A stretch of 45,700 nucleotides of DNA, the filler included, from Jimgerdemannia flammicorona (lineage: Eukaryota), in the NCBI GenBank assembly GCA_003990765.1. It is 2 parts of 2 records of this genome, joined end to end, with 100 filler letters (N's around TTAATTAATTAA, not from the genome) between each part and the next. Parts side by side here need not be neighbours in the genome. Positions count along the whole stretch, not along the records: positions 1 to 22,811 come from RBNJ01001202.1; positions 22,912 to 45,700 come from RBNJ01001203.1. One strand, written 5' to 3'. Below the pieces are notes generated by a model, which was given only the letters and a program-made list of their open reading frames with translations, was not told where the DNA came from and made no database searches. This document shows, piece by piece, positions 10,178 through 22,932 of this stretch (its first letter is position 1; the number at the start of each line of letters is the position of its first letter). The position numbers and the translations under genes were made by a program.

Positions 10178-12488
10178 AAAGAAAGATGTCCAAATAGCTC
10201 ACCACCTCTCTTGTAGAGACAATTGTTCCAATGATGTCCCCTCCCATGAGCCCATTCTCCAGCACTATCATCTCACACTTATACCAGTTAAGGTTTGCTC
10301 CAGGATGTGCCTCATACCATTCAACCATCTCCTTAAGTACCTCAACATCCTCTACTGAGCCAAGTCCAATCACCCTATCATCTGCAAAGACCCCCACCTT
10401 CTACACTATACAATATATAGAGAGCCCCACCACCTTCTGTTATATCCTATCCATTAAAGGTTCTAGCAAAAGAGCATAAAGAATAGAAGACAGTGGATCT
10501 CTCTGAGGAACTCCTCTTCCCAAGGGGAACACCAAACCCCAGTGACTATTACACATTAGTACTGTCCTACTGCCCTCCAATAGATTCAATAGAGAAGCTC
10601 AAAATCATAGGGGAATACTAATTCTATCCAGCACCTTACCCAGCCACACCTATCAGACATGGTCATAGGCCTTCTTCTGGTCCAAAAAGACCAGTCTTCC
10701 ATCTAATCCACAAGCTCATACTCCTTCAATAATGCCATGAACTCAGGCTGTCCCATCTCTGATAAGTCTGCCACCATTAAAGCCCTACTACTCCTCACCC
10801 AGCACCTGTTGGGCAACCTTCTGTAGTCTTGCAACAATCACCTCGGTCACTATCTTCCTGTCCATATCCAGAAGCATAATTGGTCTCCAGTTCTTCCAGT
10901 CCTCCCTCCTCTCCTTGTCTTTGTACAACAAGGCCACCAACTCCAAATCCTGCTCTCTAACCCACTCACTATTCAGAAGAACATAGTCACAGAGAGCTGT
11001 CATCTCTTCTAAAACTCAAGGAACCTTCATCATTCTTTTCCAAAAGTCCCAAGGTAACCCATCCTCTCCTGGTGCCATTTCAAGCTTAGTGGCTGCAAGG
11101 ACTCTTTGGATCTCCTCCTCTTGGACTGGAAGGATTAAGTCACCAAGGCTCTCTACTTGTGGTGGTTTCCAATCCTCTAGTATTTCTCCAATTGCCTCCT
11201 CATCCTCACCCCCTTCCTTCTCACTCCACAGACCCCTCTATCTCTCCTTCAGTACTCTCAAGATCTGTTGTATACTATGTACTATTTTCCCCTCTGTATC
11301 CAGGACACTATCCCATTGATGCTATACCCTCCTGGCCTGGTGGAGCCACGATAAATATCTAGTAGGCCTCTCCTCCTCCTCCAGTCTCTACTACCTCAGC
11401 CTGGCTGCTATTCCTTTTATATGTATCTCCTCCTCCTCTCTCAGCACCTGTTGCAGCTCCGTTATCTCTAATTTTGCAAGCTCTAACCTCTAATTATCTA
11501 CCTCACCAGAATTTAACAAATCTGCCCACTCTATCTATAGTCTAACCAACCAATTGGAAGCACACCTCACCATTTTCTTTCTCTGCTTCCCTGCCTCTCT
11601 ACCAGCCCCTCTTCAGTAAACCCAGGCAGTTTCTTTCAACCTCATCCATCAGAAACCTACTGGCAAACCCTCATATATCCAGCCAGCAATATTTACTTGG
11701 ATGTCCTCCATCCATGGGTTTCACAAAACCTTCTCAGCCAGCAGGGAGGAGTTAAGATGCCAATGTCCAGGTCCATTTCCACTCCCCCCAAACTGCCCCC
11801 TCCCCAACAGGCCCCAGTGATCAGACTATTGGCACCACTCCACCTCTAGTATCCTCCAGACATCCACACCCCAGCATTTGGCTGTCAGAATCCAATCAAT
11901 TCTTGTCCTAAGGCCATTCATCCAGTGTGTGTAGATCCTCTTTTCACCCCACCCTGTATGGCCCATATCTCTCAAGGAGCTAAGGTTCTCTACCTCCTCT
12001 CAAGCATCCAGCCCACCACTTCTCTCACCTGCACTCCTCCTTCCATCCAACTCCAGATTCTGTACCATATTAAAGTCACCTCCCAGTATATCAACACTAT
12101 TCTCCAAGAGCACACCCTTCTCCAAAAGCCCCTTAATTTATGTGATCCTCTTACCCCTTGCTGCAGAGCAGTAGTAAGAGCCAACTTTCACTAGCTCTCA
12201 CCTGGATTGATTCCATTCTCCCCATACCAAATAGTCACCCCAGCTCCCAATTCTCCCTAAGTCACCTTCACCTCTCTACACCAAAATCACCACCTTGCTC
12301 ATCCAAACTGTAGCCCCTCCCCATTCTCTAGTCTATTCCACACAGTTATCATCATCTTCACAACATATATCCTATAGCAGAAAGAGATCTGCCTCCAATC
12401 CTTTAAGCCAAGTGAAAATGTTCTTGTGCTACCCAGATTCCCATAACCCATTCATATTCAGAGAGAGAATATTAGTTGTACTGTTCAT
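10178..12488 (-). pseudogene. LINE A ORF2, endonuclease and RT, copy 1
   Basis: ATG at 12488: MNSTTNILSLNMNGL...DLFLL*D, GGDFN, NWRPIMLL, FADD. Confidence 0.9.
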
Positions 12489-12578
12489 AGGGAATAATGT
12501 TTTAGAAATAAGGTCTCACTCATTCTCTATAAAACCACATCCCGTCTCTCCTGTACCAAGTCCAAATTATGTTCCACT

Positions 12579-15026
12579 TCTCTTTCCCACTACAACAATG
12601 GCAAGACAGAACCATATATATAGAAAGAAAGATGCCCAAATAGCTCACCACCTCTTCTGTAGGAACAATTGTTCCAATGATGTTACCTTTCATGAGCCTA
12701 TTCCCCAGCACCATCATCTCACACTTATGTCAATTGAGTTTTGCTCCAGGATATACCTCATACCATTCAATAAGTACATATCTCAACATCCTTCACCAAG
12801 CCAAGTCCAATTACTATATCATCTGCAAAGACCCCCACCTTCAATACTACACTATATACAGAGAGCCCCACCACCTTCTGTCATATTCTATCCATCAAAG
12901 GTTCTAGCAAAAGAGTATAAAGAATAAGAGACAGTGGATCTCCCTGAGGAACTCCTCTTCCCAAGGAGAACACCAAACCCCAATAACCATTATACATTAG
13001 TACTGTTCTACTGCCCTTCAACAGATTCAACATAGAAGCTCAAAATCATAGGGGAACACCAATTCTATCTATCATCTTACCCAGCCACACCTGCCAGACA
13101 TGGTCATAGGCCTTCTCATGGTCTAAAAAGACCAGTCTTCCATAATTCACAAGCCCATGCTCCTTCAATAATGCCATAAACTCAGGCTGTCCCATCTCTG
13201 ATAAGTCTGCCACCAACAAAGCCCTACTGCTCCTCACCCAGCACCTGTTGGGCAACCTTCTGTAGTTTTGCAACAATCACCTTGATCACTATCTTCCTGT
13301 TTATATCCAGAAGCATAATTGGTCTCCAGTTCTTCCAGTCCTCCCTCCTCTCCTTGTCTTTATACAATAAGGCTACCAACCCCAAATCCTGCTCTCCAAC
13401 CCACTCACCATTCAGAAGAACATGGTCACAGAGGACTGCCATATCTCCTAAAACTCAAGGAACCTTTGCCATCCTTTTCCAAAAGTCCCAAGGTAACCCA
13501 TCCTCTCCTTGTGCTATTCCAAGCTTAGTTGCTGCAAGGACTCTTTGGATCTCCTCCTCTTGGACTAGAAGGATTAAGTCACCAAGGCCCTCTACTTGTG
13601 GTTGTTCCCAATTCTCTAGCATTTCTCCAATTATCTCCTCATTCTCACCCTCTTCCTTCTCACTCTACAGACCCCTCCACCTCTCCTTCAGTACTCCCAA
13701 GATCTGTTGTGTACTATGTACCATTTTCCCCTCTGCATCCAGGACTCCATCCCATCAATACCATACCCTCCTGGCCTAGAGGAGCCATGATAAATACCTA
13801 GTAGGCCTCTCCCCCTCCTCCAGTCTCTGCTACCTCAGCCTGGCTGCTATTCCTTTTATATGTATCTCCTCCTCCTCTCTCAGCACCTGTTGCAGCTCCA
13901 TTACCTCCAATTTTGCAAGCTCCAACCTCTAATCAACTACCTCACCAGAATTTAAAAAATCTGCCCACTTCCTCTGTAGTCTAACCAACCAATTGGAAGC
14001 ACACCCCACTCTTTTCCTTCTCTGCTTCCCTGCCTCTCTACCAGCCTCTCTCCAGTAAACCCAGGCAGTCTCTTTCAACCTCATCCATCAGACACCCACT
14101 GGCAAACCCTCATGTGTCCAGCCAGCAATCTTTGCTTGGATGTCCTCCATTCATAGGTTCTACAAAACCTTCTCAGCCAGCAGGGAAGAGTTAAGGTACT
14201 AATGTCCAGATCCATCTCCACTCTCCCCAAACTGCCCCCTCCCCAACAGGCCCCAGTGATCAGACCATGGGCACCACTCCACCTCTAGTATCCTCCAGAC
14301 ATCCTCACCCCAGCATTTGGCTGTCAGAATCCAATCAATCCTTGTCCTAAGACCATTCACCTAGTGTGTATAGATTCTGTTTTCACCCCACCCTGTATGG
14401 CCTATATCTCCCAAGGAGCTAAGGTTCTCTACCTCCTCCCAAGTATCCAGCCCACCACTTCTCCCACCTGCACTCCTCTCTCCATCAGTTCAATCCAACT
14501 CCAGATTCTGCACCATATTAAAGTTACCTCCCAGTATATCAACACCATTCTCTAAGAGCACACCCTCCTCCAAAAGTTCCTTAATCTATGTGATTCTCTC
14601 ACCCATTGCTGCAGAGCAGTAGCAAGAGCAAACTTTCACTAGCTCTCACCTGGGTCGATTCCATTCTCCCCATACCAAATAGTCACCCCAGCTCCCAATT
14701 CTCCCTAAGTCACCTTCACCTCTCTACACCAAAATCACTACCTTGCCCATCCAAACTGTAGCCCCTCCCCATTCTCTAGTCCATTCCACACAGTCATCAT
14801 CATCTTCACAACATATATCCTGTAGCAGAAAGAGATCTGCCTCCAATCCTTTAAGCCAAGTGAAAATGTTCTTGTGCTGCCCAGATCCCCATAACCCATT
14901 CACATTTAGAGCGAGAATATTAGTTATACTGTTTATAGGAAATAATGTTTTAGAAATAAGGTCCTACTCATCCTCTACAAAACCACATCCCACCTCTCCT
15001 GTGCCAAGTCTAAATTATGTTCCACT
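12579..15026 (-). repeat. Tandem duplicate (2.45 kb) of the LINE A endonuclease-RT region
   Basis: Collinear with 1351-1393 joined to 10178-12578. The junction at ~12574-12578 carries CCAC microhomology. Confidence 0.92.
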
Positions 15027-16912
15027 GCCAGCCCCTCCTCTTCAGCCTTCTTTGTCTCTAATCTCTTCAGAAGTTCTGCCATCTCACCATCCTCTTTTTC
15101 CTCAAATTCCTCATGATACTTCAGGCAGGCCTCCTGTCAGAGTTACAAACCATACTGCTCTGCCCAACAGTAAGCAGCCACTTACTGGCAGCATCTACTA
15201 GCTTAGCCTTCCTTTCCTTATCGACCTCATACTCCTCCTTCTCCAGAAAAATTGCAAGTACCTCTGCCTTCAGTGCCTCCACCACACCATTCTCCTACAG
15301 AATCTGTGCCCAGTGATTCTCACTCATTGCTCTCAGGTCCACTTCCCTCAATTCTTCAGCTGTGAAGTTATCATCATCTGATATATCTACAATAGATTAT
15401 CTACTTCTTTCCTCCCCGGAGTTGCCAGCCTTCCTGTATTCATTATTGAGGTATCTGCTCCTATACTTGCAGTCTCATTCCACCCCTCCTCTGGGACATC
15501 TATCAGCTCATCCTTGCCAACTGCCACCACTTGTCCCCCTTTCACCAAATCAGGAACACCAAAGTGGACCTGCTTGGTACTACACATCAATACATCCTCT
15601 GCTGCCCTGCCCTTTACTGCAGGACCCTACCTGAGTAGAGAGGGAGTATTCTTCACAACAGGTTCCCAGACTTCAAATGTACCATCCTCAAATGGATCCA
15701 TATATAGCATCTTTCCAGCCTCCTCCAGAACTCTCTCTACCACTTCTCCTCTCTTACTGGCCCAGACACTCACCTCTGTACCCCCAGACTCCTCAATACT
15801 ACTATCATTCTTCTTCACTCTATCTTCTATACTTGCAAACAGCTCCCTCTACCTCTTATGTCTCTGAGCCCTTTTCCACTACCACAGATATGCTTTCCTT
15901 CTACAATCTCCAAATGTGTTGACTCTACATACCTCTTCCAGGCCTTCACTCTCCACTCAACAGCTTCACTCATCTTCTCCAGAGCCTCCAACAGATCCTC
16001 CTCCTCCTCCTCACTCCCTCTCATCCTTGACACCTGACAAATGAAAGCCCCCCATAGTATCACCAACAGCCAGTTACTTATCTTTCTCATGATCTCCTTC
16101 CCTACCAGTCAAATCCTGATGTCAATATTCTTAGTTCTGATAGTGGTCCCCTCCCATATCTAGAAACCAATATCAACTACATCACCATACTCTGCTATCA
16201 CCTCCTCAACCCTCCTCTTCATCTCAACTGCCATTACTGTAGGCACCCCCTTTACCAGCAACTGAATCACTCTGGGGTCTCACCTAAGACAGCATACTAT
16301 AGGGACCACCACTTCCCCGACTACTACTCCAGTCTTCAGAGCCTCCTCCAGTGGGCCTGCCTCCTCAAAGTCCACCTCAACCCCCTCCAGACCCTTCAGG
16401 AACTTCACTGAGGCAGCCCCAGCCACCTGCTTCAAGAAAATCCCCAGGACCATCCTTGCCATCACTGCCCCAGAAGTACAAGATTACCACAAACTCTAAA
16501 ATCAACTTCTTGAGTAACAGTGCTACCACCAGCCTGTTACACCATCTGCCAGATCCCCCTTCTGCTTTGGAAATCTCTGCCCCACCTTACCATCAGCTAT
16601 TATATCTCATTTTTTTTCCTGATTTTCTGTCACACTCATATTAGCAGTCCTATACCCAGCTATAGCTCCTCTAGCCCCTATGCTCACATCTCTTGCCTGG
16701 GTACTGCTCCCCCTACCAATGCTTGCCTTGCCCTTCCCCTCAGCAGCACCAGTCCTAACACCAACCGGCCATCTACTCCTCTTTACCTTGTCCACAAAGC
16801 TAGAGGGTCCTGGCCTTCCCCTACTTCCACTTGATACTAATCCTTCTTCAGATCCCTCTCCACCCTTCAACCCTCCAAAGGCCCCCATCCCTAGTCCATA
16901 ACCTCTCCCCAC
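14950..16912 (-). pseudogene. LINE A ORF1 (decayed; boundaries approximate)
   Basis: Lies directly upstream of ORF2, with purine-rich minus-strand coding fragments. Homologous pieces at 38010-38785. Confidence 0.6.
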
Positions 16913-16989
16913 ATTTTGCCAGCCAAATGCCCCAGGTCTACCTAACCCAGCACACCTGTCAGAACTCTTGCTTGATGATATTTTTATAA

Positions 16990-17725
16990 TATCTTTTCTC
17001 TGAGTTGTGTTGAAAACTATTGCTTGAAGTTAGTGTAATGTGAATTGTACAGGAGAAAGATGCAATGAGTATTATATTCAATAATTTCTGATATACACTA
17101 TTTATATAATATAGATATTTTTGGTAATTTCCTAATTAGTATAATAAGACAGATTTAGTAGATTTATAGATTCTATATAATATGATAGACTTAGTAAATT
17201 TATATATAATAAATTATTACTTTCTTTTCTTCTTAAATAGTATAGTTTCAATAGACTTGAATAGTACAAATTTAGTGAACTTCTCAAAGAGCAGATAATA
17301 TAAACTTCTTGAATAATAGATAATATAGGCTTCTTTAGGTAATATAAATTTCTTTAAATAGTAGATGATGTAGATTTATTAAGTAGTATATAATAAATAA
17401 TTATGTTCTTCTCTTCTTGAATTATGTAGAATTGTCTAGAGAGTAGATTCTTAAGTTTCTCTGACTTCATCTAAAGTAGACCAAATTGGCAGACTATTCT
17501 TCTTCTTTAATAAAAAGTAGACTAAAGTAGAAAGAAAATAAGTTCATAACTTCTGATAGTAGCTCTTAGTAGATATTTCTCCTAAGTATTATAATTCTCC
17601 ATAGATCAAGTAGCTCTTAGCAGATATTTCTCCTAAGTGTACTAAACTAGATTATTGCTTTCTTTTACTTTCAGACTGAGGTTATAGTACAGAGGGTATT
17701 TATATATATTTGAGACTATAGTTAA
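16990..17725 (-). repeat. Highly decayed LTR fragment (R/U5-like)
   Basis: 17660-17705 on the minus strand reads TATAAATACC..TAACCTCAGTC..AAAGTAAAAG, resembling the G2/G3 LTR core. Short ~30-bp direct repeat at ~17558 and ~17609. Confidence 0.45.
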
Positions 17726-19252
17726 TGTAATGGTGACCTCAGAATGATGATATCAGCACAAGAGACAGCCTTTCCTGGCAAGCCACCAGATTAGATTATA
17801 AGAAGATCATATGATATAACTTATCCAGGCTAATGATGACTAACTATGAGTTATTAGAACTATAATATAAATATCTTGAGGAATATAAAAGAAGGATTAA
17901 AGAACCATAGTAGCAGCAACTCAACAAGACCCACTAATCCCAAAATAGCTCAAAGACTTAATATAAACAAAATGTCTACTGCTTGCCAAACCTCAAGATC
18001 AAGAAATCATCAAGGGCCCTCAGTCCAGGAAAGGATGTTTCAAGACATCCAAAGAGCTATAAAGACCCACACTATAAGGACTCCTAGTGTCAACCTGGAT
18101 ACTGGTGACCCTTATCATTATATCCTCTACCACTGTGAGATAGAAACAAGAATCACCATTGCTATTGAAAACCTCCAGATGTGGCAAGAATATGAAATAG
18201 AAAACCTCCTCTGTTGGGAATTTCCTCAAGCCAGCCCTCAAGAGCTAAAAGATGCCACTTCCATAGATATATATGAAATAAGAATAACCAAGAAGATTCA
18301 TCAGATCTTCAGGCATACACTATAGATAATCTCCAACTTGAAGTATACCAGAGTCTCAGACTTCAGAGATCTATCAGCCCATCATATCAATACACTAGAA
18401 GCCATAGTAGCTACAGAGATCCAGTCCACTATCACTCTCAATAGTAATTGGATAGAAGAGTTCTGGTATCTCATCCTTCAGAACAACCCAGATCAGTTCC
18501 TGCAAGGATTAATCTCAGTATTTCAAGGTCCCAGTATCCAGATTAGATCTATTCAAGACTCTACATTTGTTCCTTATTTTGTAGAAGAGAATATCATAGA
18601 TTGGAGAGCTCCTGCTGCTAAATGTGATGACATCATCAGTGATGACATCATCCTGCATGATATATGCAAAACATGTGACCTATGCAACGAGATGGACAAA
18701 ATATTTGCAGATCTCATCTTCTTCAGTGATGATGAGAATGAAGCCCCCATGGTCCTGAATATTTTGCTTTAAAGTTCTTGATGATACTGAATTCTGCCAG
18801 TATCCTTTTCCTATATAACAGTTAATCCTTCCACTGGTATTCTGATCTTGTATGATATTGAATTCTTTCAGCATTCTGAACTTGTACAACTATCTGTACC
18901 AATACTGGAATCTGTACTGACAACTTTAGTTTTCTATGTTCCAGTATTTTATTCAGTTATTGGAATTTATATATAGCTTTATATCTTAGCAACTATTGAA
19001 TTATATTTTATATAAATACTCCTCTTATTTTCTTTGAAATAAAGTTAGTTTCTTTCAGTACAATATATACAATTCCTTACAAGCAATCTAAAGAGATAAC
19101 AAGATAGTTTAAATATAAGAAGTTTGAGAACTATAAGACCTTGGGAAGATACTCCAATAAGAACTTGCTTATAACAAACTTAAGATAGTCTAAGAGATAC
19201 ACCTTGAAGAGAATCTGATGTATTTGAAGGACTCAGCGATCACTATGTGACA
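17726..19252 (+). repeat. G1-2 5' LTR (1527 bp)
   Basis: TGTAAT...TGACA termini, TATAAATA at 19011-19018, AATAAA at 19038-19043, followed by a decayed PBS. Confidence 0.95.
17972..18772 (+). pseudogene. LTR-encoded protein, G1-2 copy, 266 codons with one internal stop (TGG>TAG at 18323)
   Basis: Track ORFs 17876-18325 and 18338-18772 are in the same frame and match 1893-2720. Confidence 0.85.
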
Positions 19253-21462
19253 ACTTTGTGCTCATTGGCTGGTGATCCAAGACAAATCCCTCACTTTCAA
19301 GCTGAAAAACGAACAACTACCACAACAACTACCCTGACTACAAGAGTCACCCCTGTATGAATTCAAGACAAGATGGAAATACATCCCTCTACATTCTATA
19401 GATATACTACTGAAGAGTCAATTCTGACCTTCATTGAAGACTTTGAACAATTCACCACTGTATAAGTCCTCATAATGGATACACAATTGGTCCTTCTATC
19501 AGTCAGCCTCAGAGGATCTGCCAGAGATAAGTTCAATGCAGCTACTATTACTGATGCTGGTGCAGCCAGACTTGCCAACATGAAGACCTTCCTCAGAACT
19601 ATATACTATATCAAAGAGATCAAGCAAGCTTTCAAAGATCAACTAAACACTATCTGCCAGAGACTCAGTGAAGATTTCAACTTATTCTATACCTGAATCT
19701 ACCACAAGATTGTCTTGGCTGGCTATAATGACTGCCTCAAGGAATAAATAGCAGATTCAACCTTCCTCAAAGGAGTTTACCTTAAAATTGCCCTAGCAAT
19801 CTGGTCTACCACAACTGCACTGACGCTTGATCAGAAAGTGGTCTTTATACAGAGATATTGGACTGTCAAATATTCTGCCAAATACTCAATGGAGAAAATA
19901 ACTGGTATTAAGATAGAGCTATCAAAGCCAACTAGTATTATACCCACTACAGTTATAAACAGACAACCATCTCCACCTATCCCCAAGGTAGCCAAAGCTG
20001 ACCCAGTGGAGGAACTTGCCAAGCAGTTTACTGAGATGACTGCACACTTTGGTGATGTTGTTTGAGAAGTCTGAAGCACCAACAGAAGTATAGAAATTTA
20101 CAGCTGCTACAGAAGAATGCAATATCACATACTTCAGATATGGGGAAGAAGGCAACTATGCAAAGAGTTATATAACTGAAACAAGATGTAAAGCCCAATC
20201 AAGTAATGTTACCAGAACCAGAGAACAAACCAATGCAGTAGTCATTGAGGAGATTGGTGACACTGATGATGAAGAATACTATGAAGAGCCTGAAATCTAC
20301 CCTGTCACTGAAGATACCAGAACCTGGTCCAAGCCCTATGATAAGAAGAGCAACTGCAAGCCAGTTGAAAGACTAAAGAAGACCCCAGCTATCACTATTC
20401 AAAGCAAGACCCAATCTAAGGAGATTGATCAAGATATAGAGTTAGATAAAGCTGCCTGCCAAATCATTGAAGGCACTACTCCAGTTTCAGGAGAAAGTGA
20501 AAGCAAGAAGGAACAGAAGCTGTATAAGACCAAGATCCATTAGTATGATATCTATAAGGACCTTAAGGAACAGAAGGTCAATGCTACTTTTGGACAACTA
20601 GCTGAAGTCTCTGCCTTCAGATAGCAGTTGAGAGTAAGACTTGTAACCACTATCAAGAACTAAGAATACAAGATCATAGAAGCCTACAATGCACAAGAAG
20701 ATGGTCAAGAAGACTCAGGCAAAGAATCTGAAGTCCAGCACAAAACATCAGCCTATACTCCATGTCAGATTGAAGATTGTATCTTTGATGTCATCATTGT
20801 TACTAGTGCTGGAGGATGCCTCATGAGTAAGAAGACAATTGACCACCTAGGCTGGGACATTGAAGAGTCTACCAAGATAGTCTATATTACAGCAGATAGT
20901 ATATAAGCTACCCTACTTGGAAAAATCCAAGAAGTCCCCATCAAGATAAGAGGAGCTACTATCCTAGTAGATGTGATTATTATAAGCACCACTAACTATA
21001 ACATTCTCATTGGCAGCCAATGGCTTCACAAGGCCAAGGCATCATTGACCTCAATGCCCAGAAGATACAGATTAACTATAGAGAAAGAAAGATATGAGTC
21101 TCTATCAATATCTATAAAGGAGTTCTACTAGATATAGAGGAAGAAGATGAAGAGAACACAGAAGTCTTCATACACTCAGTGAATAAGAACAAGAATAAGA
21201 CACCCAAGCTCACAGATAAATAGTGGTATAGCAAGATCATTGATAGCTATGTCTCTCAAGGAAGATGCCCCCATGGTACTAGGATGTACTGCTCTGAACA
21301 CCTGAATGACTGCTGGTCCTGTATCACTGAAGTCAGGAAAATCTGCCAACAGAAGCATGAGCAAGAAGCTGCTGAAGCAAAAAGGAAAGCCAAAGAAGAT
21401 GACCAACCTCCAGAGTTGCAAGCTGACAGTAATGATAAACAGAAACAAAAACCAGACATCAC

Positions 21463-21873
21463 CCTCAAGGTCAAAAAGTTTCACCCTGAAGCCAAGATCC
21501 CTGAATATAAGACTGAAAGAGCCATAGGAATAGACCTTGCCAGTATTCAAGATGCTACTCTTGAACCATAGACCACTACTCTACTTGGTACTGGAATTGG
21601 AGTCAAGTTGCCAGAGAACCATGCTGGAATTATCAAGACCAGTAGCAGTCTGGCCAGGAGCAAAATCTCAGTTGAAGGAGGAGTAATTGACCCTGATTAC
21701 ACTGGTGAGATCTTCCTCATAGTCAGGAATCAGAACCCCACCACCCCATTCGAAGTCAAGAAGCATAACAGGATTAGCCAGATGCTGATCCATGAAATCA
21801 AAAAGCCCAAGATCACTGAAGCCATCAAACTTATCAAGATCAAGAGAGGAGAACAAGGCTTTGGATCTACTAA
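21463..21873 (+). pseudogene. dut: dUTPase domain of G1-2
   Basis: AIGIDL, TSSSLA, GVIDPDYTGEI, NRISQ, RGEQGFGST. Confidence 0.93.
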
Positions 21874-22059
21874 AAGAGGAGCCTATGCTGCCACCAAGAT
21901 TACTGAACTTGAGCATAAGAAAGACAAGGACCAGAGTAAGTACATATATACCATTGGAGAAAACTTTCTCCTAGAAGAATAATTTCTCAAGATCCTACAC
22001 TAGAATGAAGGAGTACTTGCTATAGACTTCAGAGATATCCACAATCAAGAACCCAAGAA

Positions 22060-22811
22060 CTACATGAAGTTGACACCAGTGATACCAAGCCCATCTACCA
22101 GAAAGCCAGATCTATACTACTTGTCTACAGAGCAGAACTCAAGGAAAAAGAAGAAGCTGGAATTATCAAGCAAGCTATTAGTCCCTGGGCTTCACCTATT
22201 GTCAAAAGAAAGCAAGCCTGGAGAGTTTGCCCCAAGACTCTCAATTACCAAGAAGGATAGACAGCTCTTGCTAAATATTCAAGAAATCTTTACTACTCTT
22301 AAAAGCAAAGCCAAATACTACACTACCTTAGATCTGTTCTCAGGCTTCCATGAGATTGGTCTCACTCAAGATGCTAGTGAGAAATCAGCCTTCATCATAC
22401 TTATGCCACCTATATCTACCTGTGAATACCATTTAAAATATATAATGCTTCAGCAAGTTTTCAGCAAATGATGAACAGAGTCTTCAGCAATGAGATTGGA
22501 AAATAGCTCTTTATCTATATTGATGATGTGATCATTTTCAGCAATACTACACAGGGATATATCAATCATATACAGCTAGCCCTCAAGAAGCTCAAGGAGT
22601 ATAGCCTCTACATCAAGCCCAAGAAATACAAGTTTGTAGCTCAGAAAATCACCTATCTAGGACATTTTATCAACCAGACTAGAATCTATACAGACCCCAT
22701 AAATATTGAGGCTGTTGCAGCCTACCCAAGACCCAGAATAACTACAGAAGTCCATGCTTTCCTTAGACTGGTCTCTTACTACAGAAGATTCATCAAAGGA
22801 TACTCTAATAT
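22060..22811 (+). pseudogene. G1-2 reverse transcriptase (with deletions)
   Basis: TTLDLFSGF, FIYIDDVIIFS, YYRRFIKGYS. Confidence 0.92.
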
Positions 22812-22911
22812 NNNNNNNNNNNNNNNNNNNNNNNNNNNNNNNNNNNNNNNNNNNNTTAATTAATTAANNNNNNNNNNNNNNNNNNNNNNNNNNNNNNNNN
22901 NNNNNNNNNNN
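22812..22911. other. Artificial assembly spacer: 44 N + TTAATTAATTAA + 44 N
   Basis: Symmetric 100-bp block; TTAATTAATTAA gives stops in all six frames. Confidence 0.95.
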
Positions 22912-22932
22912 AAAAAAAAAAAAAAAAAAAAA

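Larger units (their letters stand above)
1..16960 (-). mobile_element. Non-LTR retrotransposon (L1/Tx1-like LINE A), decayed, interrupted by Gypsy G1-1 and with an internal tandem duplication; 3' end runs off the window
   Basis: Minus-strand APE motifs (ILSLNxNGL, DLFLLQD, GGDFN, RIDWIL, SDH) and RT motifs (KNWRPIMLLD..KI, FLDHEKAYD, GVPQxDPLS, FADD). C-terminal CEKC region near 530-620. Sequence either side of the Gypsy insertion joins to match the uninterrupted copy at 12590-12650. The 5' boundary is approximate. Confidence 0.9.
17726..22811 (+). mobile_element. Ty3/Gypsy G1, copy 2 (5' LTR, gag, PR, dUTPase, RT; truncated by the assembly gap)
   Basis: Reverse complement of copy 1 from the LTR start to within RT. 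Confidence 0.96.

Noticed and set aside
12295..12927. 210-aa plus-strand ORF and similar Ser/Pro/Leu-rich ORFs at 11000-16900 and 24270-26883
   Set aside because: Antisense shadows of purine-rich LINE coding strands; this one crosses the duplication junction.
1394..22811. Large inverted repeat as a giant TIR element
   Set aside because: Explained by two independent G1 insertions in opposite orientation; copy 1 has its own TSD.
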